From Paraglomus brasilianum (taxonomy: Eukaryota), in contig CAJVPI010000172.1 of assembly GCA_910592345.1 (NCBI GenBank), positions 1 to 46,356 of the forward strand: a stretch of 46,356 nucleotides of DNA, read 5' to 3'. The translations under genes were made by a program, and so were the position numbers. Positions 15,981 through 26,253 of this stretch are shown here, piece after piece. The notes under the pieces were generated by a model, which saw nothing but the letters and a program-made list of their open reading frames with translations, was not told the origin of the DNA and searched no databases. The number at the start of each line of letters is the position of its first letter. The first letter of the stretch is position 1.

Positions 15981-16115
15981 CAGTCAACTGCCTCTAATTC
16001 GACTTTCCAGCAATTCGACCGCCTGGAGAAAGACTCGATTTTTTCATGTGAAATTTCTTTCAAGGGTTTGATTTTAGTTTTCTCTACCTTACGATAATTT
16101 GTAATTCGACCGCTC
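15981..16115 (+). mobile_element. Partial pogo/Tigger-like terminus
   Basis: TA|CAGTCAACTGCCTCTAATTCGAC start with repeated AATTCGAC subterminal motifs. No matching right end was seen. Confidence 0.4.
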
Positions 16116-16254
16116 AAATGATTTACAATCAATCTAGTATGTATAAATAGTATTATAATTACTCGAACGGGAGCAAATCATTTCTATTTATGGATTAGTT
16201 GATAAATTTTCTGATTATTCGATTTCATAATAAAAAATTCCGATTATTCGTGCA

Positions 16255-16440
16255 TTATAAGAAAGTCACAATAGATCCTTTCTCCAGCTGGTAGTCTAGA
16301 GACCTTCTCAGAACGAAGGCTTCGGTTTTAAACGATGCACTGAACTCTCCTCGACTCTGGCGGTGTCTGTAAAAATGTACAAAGCACCAGTTTTTAGGGT
16401 CAACTTCGTAGAAATAGGAGTCACACTTTGCATTTGACAT
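16255..16440 (-). pseudogene. N-terminal fragment of a Glomeromycota-expanded (Crinkler-like) protein
   Basis: MSNAKCDSYFYEVDPKNWCFVHFYRHRQSRGEFSASFKTEAFVLRRSL resembles recalled N-termini of AM-fungal multicopy proteins. No downstream continuation. Confidence 0.35.
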
Positions 16441-16713
16441 TTGCTATATAGAATGTAGTCGCGTCGTGCAGATCTAATGAGTATTGCGAGGCGGAAAACA
16501 AAAGGCAGTCACATGATTCAGTCAGCACGATTGGGTAACATTGTTAGCGTGACGGTGTGACAATCATAAGACATCAAAATATTAAAATCAAAATATAGCT
16601 GTTATCATTGTTGTGAAATAAAGTCTTACGATCGAACAAAGAAAAGACTAACATTACCTTGTAGTCATGTCGGCGAAATAAAGTCTTACGCATCGGATAA
16701 AGGAAATACGCTA

Positions 16714-16907
16714 CAGTCGTACCCCTCTATAGTCACGCTGTCGGGAACAATGCAACTTTTGCTGGAAGTGTGCTTATAAAGAGGTTGTGACTATATAAAG
16801 GGTTTTTTCTATAAGTTTAATAGTAATTGGTTCTCAACATGGTGTGCTTATAAAGAGGTTTTTTATATGTGTGCTTATAGAGGGGTGACTATAGAGGGGT
16901 ACGACTG
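16714..16907. mobile_element. 194-bp Tc1/mariner-superfamily (pogo-like) MITE
   Basis: Perfect 23-bp TIR CAGTCGTACCCCTCTATAGTCAC / GTGACTATAGAGGGGTACGACTG, TA on both sides, and internal GTGTGCTTATAAAGAGGTT repeats. Confidence 0.92.
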
Positions 16908-17042
16908 TACTAATTGTCCTATTTTTAGCAACGTATTTCTAAGCTACAGTTATTGGTTTGCTTCATTTGCACTAAGTAATCGCCTTCGTACTTCCAGATC
17001 AAATTTGCATACACTCACAACATGATGTAAAATGTCAGGTTT

Positions 17043-17460
17043 CTACCGTCCTGCAGATTTCTTTTTGGATGGTGACGCTTCTTGCGGATTTTCATTAGTT
17101 GGAGTATCTTTCGCGATATTTCTTGCAACTTTAGATAATAATCCATTACTCGGCTCTATAATGTCAAATATGAAGTTAGATCAACAATCATGTTGTAAAA
17201 ACGATTACAGAACTCATACCTTGAAAAAATATACTTTCTCTATTATTTCATCAACACATACGTTTGGTCCTTGTTATCCGGGATCGTAAAATTCGTAACG
17301 ATATCTACAATGTGTAATCCTCCTTTAGCACGATGCATTGTAGATTGTCGTCTCACGTTCTAAAACGATAAACAAAATATGTTTTAATAATTATAAATAT
17401 TACAATGCATAATGTAAGGTTACATACGGTAAATAAGAACACCAAAGCTCTGAAGACATA
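17043..17460 (-). pseudogene. Spliced C-terminal fragment of a Glomeromycota multicopy (Crinkler REase-like) gene
   Basis: Exon pieces MHRAKGGLHIVDIVTNFTIPDNKDQTYV-DEIIEKVYFFK|SRVMDYYLKLQEISR with GT-AG introns and a frameshift. Confidence 0.45.
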
Positions 17461-17874
17461 AGAGCTGACGTTGTCGAGCTAGCTTACGCTTGGGATGGTA
17501 TATACTCCATATTCAGTACATACCCCATGTCGGAAATTATCATTGTCGAGGAAGGGAATAAATGGTACGAGTTCGTGCCTTGGTAAGTCGGGACAGGTGA
17601 CATAGTGTTCCATATTAGCAGAGTCAAAGTTTCTCGATTTCCAATCGTCAACCTGTTGCTGGTATAAGACGCACTCGATCCGTCTATCACTTTTCTCTCG
17701 ACGACGTAGTAATAATCATGGTAGTAGAGTTGGTGTTTGTAGGCAGCGGGGTTGGGAAGAGGAAAAAGATCTTTCCCAGATCTTCGAGGTGTCTGAAGTC
17801 AATGTAGGTTCCGTCGAATTAAATAAGTATCAGTCATCTTGCCAAGCGGTTGGCATTGATTCGTTGTATTCCTG

Positions 17875-18110
17875 CTGCGTAATGATGAAGGTGGCTGAAT
17901 TAACCCATATTCCAAAAATACGGCATGCAACCTTTGCTAATTGCTCCCCACCATTTCTTTCACAAAAACACCAAAATTTAAGGATATCATCACCAAACTG
18001 TTCATACGCCTGATCATCGAAAGTTTTTTTTTTTTTTTTTTGATTGTAATTTTCCAATTCAAGCAGGACTTTTCGTGGCTTCCCTCTCGGATGGTACAAT
18101 GCCAGGAAGA
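17875..18110 (-). pseudogene. hAT transposase C-terminal dimerisation-domain fragment
   Basis: DILKFWCFCERNGGEQLAKVACRIFGIWVNSA matches the FW...LAxxAxxI...xSA pattern of Dimer_Tnp_hAT and is truncated before the ERxFS motif. Confidence 0.65.
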
Positions 18111-18265
18111 GATGTTGGTTATCAAATATGATAAATATAAGGCTTCATTCGGCTGATTATTAGGTTGACAGACAATTGCCGTTGGCAGAAGCAAATCAAC
18201 GATCCTTGACTTGGAGGGTAACCAGTACTACTGCCCTCTACTGGAAGGCATCGAGATCTGTGACA

Positions 18266-18463
18266 TTAAAAGGAAGTGGAAGAGACCACCTGCAGCCACA
18301 AGTGCATACATAAGCGCTTTTTTGCGAGTTCCGCAACCAATCGAGACTTTCCCGTTCCACTTGATTGAATAATGGCCGAGTATGGTGCATAATATTCTGA
18401 CGTTTTAACGCGACCTCTTGGATCATCATAGTCGACCTTAAAAGCAGCCGTGTTAATTCGCAT
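18266..18463 (-). pseudogene. P-loop NTPase fragment (QSSGTGKS type)
   Basis: YYAPYSAIIQSSGTGKSRLVAELAKK is a Walker A context. The frame is lost immediately afterwards. Confidence 0.6.
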
Positions 18464-18960
18464 TCCCGTTGGTCAATATTATAATGAGTTTGCGCAGTTG
18501 TTGGGGCATTCCGGTTTTCGTCTGGAAACAATTAATAATAATTGATGTTAATGTTGCAAAAAGTATGCTAGATGCTTCTATCCTATTTACCCCAAACATA
18601 TCATCTCTTGCTAATTTGTCTCATGTCTTCCTTGGTTCATAGTTGAAAGGAGTTTACATATAACCTAACTCTGCTATGTTTCAGCTCTGCCATTTATTAT
18701 ACTCCTCCCAATGCATGTAATGCATTCCAACGGTTGACCCCATAGCTACTCTACAAACCCCCACATTGCTCCTAACCGTCCTCCCAATAAACGTACACAC
18801 CTTGTTGTTCTTCAGGAACGTCGTTTATGGTAAGTGGCATGTTGTCAAGTTATTCGAAAGAACGCGTGCGCGTTATTATTACTGGGCAATCACGTTGTGG
18901 AACAATTGCATGCATCAAATCAGATTGTGCCCCCTGTGATCACAAATTTAAAGTTACTTG

Positions 18961-19187
18961 CCAGACGTCGAAAAGCTGCTGAAGAACTTTAAAAACTTGG
19001 TTGACAAAAAAGCTGGGCTGGATCCAAAATTTTCATTTAATCAATGGCAACTGAAATCCGCGAATTACGCGAAAGAAAAGGCATTGCGGCGTCCACGTTG
19101 AAAAACTTTTACAATTGAGAAACGTATCCGAGGAAAAGAACACTAGAAGCCATCGAAGAATGGATGGATAAGAATAAAAAAATGTAG
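18961..19187 (+). pseudogene. Small HTH-like gene remnant
   Basis: PDVEKLLKNFKNLVDKK...FSFNQ/MATEIRE...GIAASTLKNFYN*ETYPRKRTLEAIEEWM has a cro/C1-like helix pattern, with a frameshift and an internal stop. Confidence 0.4.
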
Positions 19188-21076
19188 GACGGCGATGTCA
19201 ATAATAATAATAATAATAATAACATGTAGTATAGGTTTCGCCAGAGTGACCAAAGAATAGGTTATACTCATCAATGGCTTTGGGTCCGAGTATTTATATT
19301 TCAAGAGCGCGCATTCAGCAATAGAAATAATAAAATTTATGCTTACGAATTATTTTTACATTGTTTGACTCTTTAATTACAATTGTGTCAAAAAAGCAAA
19401 ATGCGAATCAAAGCTCAACGGATGCGCTTTTATCAAGACTATAAGGAACGAAGCTTTTACGTTAAACTACTTTCCTTTACCTTTCTTCAAGTTTTTGTTT
19501 CTTTCTTGGTTCATTATAAGTTGGGTTTAATCTTCGTTTATTGACTATTATTTTTGGTAAATTTCATAAGTGATTTTTTCTTTACCTAGGTATTCTTGGA
19601 GAGTTTGGGTACCATAAGAACAATTTTTTCTCCTTCAGCTTTCTTCTAATGGTGCTGTAATTCCTTGGTTCCATAGTGGATTTGATGTAAATTAGTTTCA
19701 TATTATATTTTTATATAGGCATAGTACTATATTAAACATATTGTAATTCAAGTAAAAGTTTATCTCAATAAGAGTTAAAATTTGGCATAATTATAGTATA
19801 AACTTAGGAATGTAATTATATTTACATAATTTGTGTATGAGCCAGCAGTTGTGAATAATCAAAACATCAAATTAGAGCCACACCAGCATCTCATTTACGT
19901 CAAGTAACAGAATGTTTACTTTGTCTGGTTTTGTTGCGGTCTGCCCCAAATGTCCTCCCGTTCATGCCCATAGCAATCGAGAAATAATTGCTCACGCAGA
20001 CCTTGTCGTCCGTTTGCAGCTGCCAGCTTTTTTTCTAACTCGTCTAGCCGATTATTTGTAGATGTGATGCAAGTATTGTATCAATCTTGATGCTAATACA
20101 TATATTCATCCTTCTGGGCTTTACAAATGCATGGGAATGCCCGCATACGTGATCTATTCGACCAATTAATTACGCTTTACCGTACTTCGCATATGCAGGA
20201 GAATTAATCGTTATCCTTCACATTCCAAGCGGGTCTTTAGCACAAACAGAAGTCAAACACAAAAGGAGAATCACCGAAAACGAACTGTTCATGGATACAG
20301 CAAGAATTAAGTACCTATTATAGTGCGTCATAGATAGCAGTCGATTGGTTCACCTATCTTTTTTTTCTATGGCAGCCATCATTCAAATCACCAGCAACCT
20401 AACGTTTACTAGTTCATGTATCAGCCAGATCGTCTATTCCTTGTTTTAAGGGACATTTTTAATATGCTGAACTAAAATGAAACGAGTTAAAATATAAATA
20501 CTATTCCTGAAACAAATGCTACTAAATTGGCGTTATGATAATAATTCATTTTAAGTAATTATTTGGCAAGAACAATTGTGGCACATACATAATGAAAACT
20601 GCGGGGTAGTTACGTACGTATAACGAATGTTTAGTGTTCGTCCATTAATAAAAATAGAATTAAATCATAATAATGAAATAATTATCCCGCAGTAAAATTC
20701 TAATTATCCGAGAATGTTCTACACTTTTCTTTGAATAAGCATGTAACGGTGAGTCTTACCTTAAGCTATTCACAACAAGTATTATTTATTATTATTGGCG
20801 TAGCATTCGATCAATATAAGAGTACTTCATAGTTAGTTACACGTATGCTTTCTAAACTCGCACCCTCTTTAAAATCATTTCAACTTGGAAAAACTATCGT
20901 ATCAAGACACAATAGTCTGATAACGCTAGGCTGAATTGTCGAGTGTTGTGATATGATGGGCGCGCATGTTTCTTTTTGCGCGTTACTAACATTTGAAGCA
21001 TGACGTCATCTTGATATCCCTTGAGGAGATCTAAACTTAGTAGTGAATGTTAACCCCCAAAAACAAGACAATATAT

Positions 21077-21389
21077 GGGGCAGACTGCACAAAGTGAACA
21101 TTCTATTATGTGACATAAATGAGAGGATGATGTGACTGAAGTTAACTAATTTGACTAATAACATTTGATCAATAGTGCTGTAATTTTTTGGTTCCATAGT
21201 GGATTTAATGTAAATTAGTTTCATATTATATTTTTATATAGAGATAGGCCCATATTAATTATGTATAATTTTAGATAGTAATAAAAGTTTGCTACATAAA
21301 ATTTGTGTACAAGTTATTGCTGTGTTATTAGTCAAATTAGTTAACTTCAGCCACATTATCCTCTCGCTTATGTCACATAATAGTTCCCC
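21077..21389. mobile_element. 313-bp Sola-like MITE with ATAT TSD
   Basis: GGGG...CCCC ends flanked by ATAT on both sides. Inverted arms (ATTATGTGACATAA...GTTAACTAATTTGACTAATAACA). The interior matches ~19655-19720 of the large element, and the right TIR has a deletion. Confidence 0.85.
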
Positions 21390-21891
21390 ATATTAGTAAA
21401 AGTTTAAACGAAGGTCATACTTCCGAAAATATCGACTAAAAAGGTTAGTATTAGACGTAATTTCAGACAGGAAAGAATTATGTTTGCGTGCCCTCTCACT
21501 TAAGTATGCAGTACAAATATAGTGGCAAATTTACTCTAAATTGGTCTATTACTATAGCTTAAGCGTTTTCATATTAATATTAAACAATGACAATACCGTT
21601 ATTATTATGGCTTTAGCCTCAACTTTTCTGGAAATCTAAGCCTACTTTCCATATCGGTACAAGAAACACCTAGTAAAGAAATAAAGGCCAGAATGGAACA
21701 CGGGGACTGGTCTAGACAGACATTATTAATTATGAGTCACACCCGTTCCGCCCCGCCCAACGCGGTATATTGATAAAAATCTATGATTATTCAAAGGAGC
21801 GGCACATGACATTTACAAAATAAAAATCGGCACACATGATCAATACTTTAATCTCTCATTCCCACCCCCTGAACCTCTCACTTATCTAATG

Positions 21892-22841
21892 TCAATAATT
21901 GTGAGACCCACTATCGTAATTAGCACCGCCTGCCTTTCTGAGTTGAGTTAGAATTTCAGATTCAATCAAGTCGTTATTATCGTGTGCGGTGGTTTCAATT
22001 GCATACGCCTAATTCGGAAATGAATATCCAATTAGAATTCAAAGAAGTCTAACACCTTAGCCACATCCCGTATATCATGTTAGACGGTTCCAATACCTAA
22101 TCCATCCCCGTACTTACATTCAACACGCTCTTGACATCGCTCACATGCACGCTTAACTTTGCCTTTCTCAAAATCTTGACTTTACTTCCAATCCACGTAA
22201 CAAACACAAACTTGGTTCTCACAGATAGTTCATCATTAGATACGTTCATTCGAAGATATCCAAATGCTGCTTGATCTGGAGAGAGCTGTTCGGTGAATTC
22301 TTCCAATCCTCCAGGACCTAAATTGTGAGTAGATTTGAAGGATAAGGGTTGTAAGAGGGTGGAAGGATGTTGCGCGAATTGAGATATTGGAGGTACTTAA
22401 TAATACAAAGTATGTTCGATATAATTACCTTTCGCAGCTAAAACTAGCTTGTCGGATTTGTCATTTTCGTACTGAAGAATTAACCTATACGATTATGATT
22501 GATAATCGAGAGTATGTAAGGGAATAGGAAGTCGATGAAAGTGGGATAGAGATATGAGGCGGAAGGTAATGAGGAGCGTTGAAACGATTAACGTTAAAGA
22601 GGGGGGGGGGGGGGGGGACAGCACAGCTTATAAAATGTAATAATGACACTTGTTGACATAACTATGAATGCCATTCCATATCTATTTTGAGATACGCTCC
22701 AATTACGCTACCTAGCATCAACCCAATTACAAACCCAATAAATCGCAGTTCTCCCCACAAACGCTACCAGTTTGTATCATTTCTGTCATCTCTAACTTCT
22801 TCGTATGTCTCCCTTATTATCGGATCCGAAACATCTGCCAT
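21892..22841 (-). CDS. Coactosin-like ADF-H domain protein (4 exons)
   Basis: MADVSDPIIRETYEEVRDDRNDTNW, FGYLRMNVSNDELSVRTKFVFVTWIG, KAKLSVH, C-terminal LRKAGGANYD. Confidence 0.88.
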
Positions 22842-25800
22842 TATATTGTTTAATTTTTATTCCTTTGTATATATCTATCGTATATCTATCGTTCCTGCTT
22901 TCTCCTAACAACAACAAAATACAAATTATCATTAATATTGGTTATGGAAATAAATTTAACAATTACTGTTATTGTGAACTGCTAGCACCTAACAAGCATG
23001 CATCCAATGTTGGGAATTTCAGCCAGAATGCGAACCAACAAGCCTGATAGTGAGGCGAAATAATGCGAGAAGGATTCGAAAAAGATTTGGAATACAGTGA
23101 AGATGCTGAGCTTGGTGCCTGAAAGGAAGAAAAAATATGCAAGTATGTGTGGGACTGGATTTGTGCTACATTGATCGTGCCCGATTTGAGAGAATACCCA
23201 GGCAACAAATGTTTTCAGAATATTAATATTAATATGGTTTAGTAATACAGATCACATTAATATTAAATGCTCTCGCAGTAACCATTGCACTTAATGAAAT
23301 TAAAAACGTTATTTACAGATCTGTAATGGTAGCGGCGCCGTTTTGCAATAAACGGTAGAGCTTCTAAGACTTGTAAATCGTAATACTTCTAACGCCATAC
23401 CCATATCAAAATCGAAAATGTGAGAGATATTGAATTAAATGATCCAACGAGTCATACAGATACAAGAGATTTCGATGATGGGATAGTCAATAAGCCAGCT
23501 AATGCATGCAAAGGCTCAATGATTAGATAAATCCCACAATAATTAGACGCGAAAATTGCGAATACCACTAATAGAAATAACCGCCAAGGGATTGTTTTGG
23601 TTTTGCAAAGCAGAGGTATTAAAAAAATGTTTGATGAGGAGGTCCTGATTTATTGTAACCTAGAATTATTATCGGCAAGAACGCCACTCTATGTGGGCTG
23701 GAAAACCCGAATAACAGACAACAGTGATCGACGAGAAAGCTTCTCATAGTTAAGATAGAGCATAGAGCTAATCTCAAGGTCAGCGCACCCCATAGTAACT
23801 GGCACGATAACATCTTTATGAAGTTTGTCCATCTGGGATAGTGACTAATACGCCCAACTGTTTGCCCATCGTAAGACCAATTACAATGCGATTTATGGGT
23901 TCCTTTTTAAGAAAATACTTTAGCAACATATTGGGGAAAAGCAAAAGTAGATTATTTATTTGGATTACAGTGGTAGGGAAGATGATTTTTTTTGTCTGTT
24001 GCTGAACAGTTGTCGTCTTCAAGATAGTTGTAATTAAATTACATCGTATAATAATAAGTACAATAACAAGAAGCATAATAACAGAAGTATAATAGACAAA
24101 AAAATTTGAATAAGTACAAAATTGCCAAACTTGTGTAAAAAAATTTTTGAAATAAAATAAGCCTGAATAAAGTTGTATGTTTACTTAATGTTAAGCAAAT
24201 TGCTCAACAAAAGAGAGAAAGGTTAAGTTATTATAATTATTATTGAGATGAGTTAACACCAACTAGATAAGCAAGTGTTTATATTATTAATTTTATTATT
24301 GCTAATCAAATAATTATGATACTTTTCATAAATGTGTACTTGCACATGAGAAACCTGAACAAGAAGTGTAAGTTTGTAAAAAGTAGAATAATTCCAAGCT
24401 GACAGAATTTTTTGGGGAATTTTTTTCAAAGTCTTGATGTCGTTTCTTGATATCAGCTAATACGAAAGAACTTTTAAAAAACAATTATTCTAGTTTTGAC
24501 ATTATTATTGACAAGTCTGGAGAAATTATGTCAAGCTGAACAAAACTGGATGATCAAGAACAAACAAAATAGTCACATCTTTCCTGATTCAAAGACTGTT
24601 CAACATACTTCAGTAAGTTCCTTGGAAAATTTGCAGGCGACATCAGTAGATAGCGCGAAAACTGTGGCAAAATCTCGAAATAAGTAAGAACTGAATATAT
24701 AGGAATATGAGATAAAAATGCGATAATGTTAATTTGATATTAAAATTCGCACAAAAGATAGCAATAGGATTTCTTTGAAACTATTAGTTCAAACGCTTAA
24801 TAATCGGTAAGACAGTGTTGATCAATCAGGTAAGTCTAAAAGGTCACCATATTAATATAGATTTCCATCATTGGAAACAGTAGTGTATGAAAGATATCCT
24901 AAACCCCTTTCCTCTAAGTGTTCGAGAACTTTCCCACGCTTTTGTTGAATGCTTTTCATTAAAGTTTCACAATTATCTAATAGAGGATATGTAGGATATG
25001 TAAATGAAAGTGGCAGATATGATCCTGTGATTAGTTTAAACCCGATTATTGTTATATTGTTTTCAATATTGTCATCCCCCAATAAAAATCGCCGAAAGAC
25101 CCACAAACTTGACATAATAATGTAACCTCCCATCTCCATATCCCCAACGCAGCATTAAGTTCACATGATTGCAGTCGATTATGACGTCCTAAAATTGCAT
25201 CTGCCGACAAGGATTCACGTTGTTGTTGCTGCGATCGCGCAGCGGATACATTTTGCTACAAAACCCATAGTCGGGTAATTCTCAATATCCTATACATAAC
25301 TCAGATAATTGCTTTGCCTTAATGGTTATTCATACATCATTATCGACCATATCAGTCAAATTGGTATGTGTTGTTAATGCACAATGTTGCCGGTATTGTG
25401 TAACATGTTACATATCCGAGTCGTTAAAAATAAATCCATTGCCAATGTATATGACGCATTCAGTTAATAAATCATTGCCAATATATATGACGCATTCAAT
25501 TATTAAAATCGTCATTGTCTATCAATGATCCCTACGTCATTGGTATTTAGCGTACGTTGTATACTACCTGCCCGCTGTTAGCTCATTAGCCCATTTATTA
25601 CACCTTCCGTCCGCTCACCAAATCGGCTCTAGATGCTGACGATGGTGGCCGCATCTGACGCAACACGATGACTGGTTACGTGTGAACAGGGCGCAGATGT
25701 TGTGTCGGATCAATGCAACCATGACTCACACTTATATTTAGGTTAGGTTTAAAAGTGACCAAAGGCACCGCACAAGGAATACATTAAAATAATATACTGC

Positions 25801-26253
25801 ATTAGTATATGTGATTAAGATCACCGAATCGCCTTACCTGAACACCATACCTAACACAATGACTGCGTAGATAAAGAACAGGAATACAGATGGTATATAT
25901 GTATGTATGTATATTTTATTTATTTATACTTGGTTATATTATTAGACTTAATTATCTCATCCATATCATCAATCTTTATATTTAACCCACCTTGCCAACC
26001 GAACACTCCCCCGCGCCTTAACTGCCCGTTTTACCTCATAGAACGAGACGACATAGATATAACAACTAGAGACAACTTATATATAATATAATATCAAACC
26101 TGTTTATTGGGACAGCGAGCCAGACTACTAGCAGCCCACCCAACTATTCATACTAATCACTATACTACTGTAATTTGCACACGTTAACGACCAATATAGT
26201 ATAATATCTTCTACTCACTATTATTCACACATACTCACGCATCGCTCTACATA

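Larger units (their letters stand above)
14999..19947. mobile_element. Sola-like non-autonomous composite DNA transposon with ~250-bp TIRs and AAAT TSD
   Basis: 14999-~15255 is the reverse complement of ~19700-19947 with few mismatches and indels. The ends are GGGG...CCCC, and AAAT lies directly outside both (14995-14998, 19948-19951). Confidence 0.85.

Noticed and set aside
15690..16700. Short direct repeats (AAATCGACCATAAAGG x2; GAAATAAAGTCTTACG x2)
   Set aside because: Two-copy degenerate tandem duplications with similar intervening sequence, not an array.
20598..20693. 15-bp imperfect inverted repeat (ACTGCGGGGTAGTTA / TAATTATCCCGCAGT)
   Set aside because: Too short, with no clear TSD and no second copy, to call a MITE.
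22601..22617. G17 homopolymer in coactosin intron 1
   Set aside because: Simple repeat with no supporting context; its length may be a sequencing artefact.
24380..24690. Possible transposase N-terminal remnant
   Set aside because: Only a vague resemblance across several frameshifts, with no diagnostic motif.
25666..25700. SECIS-like ATGA...AA...GA pattern
   Set aside because: Helix II does not pair in the required register, and no upstream gene has an in-frame TGA.
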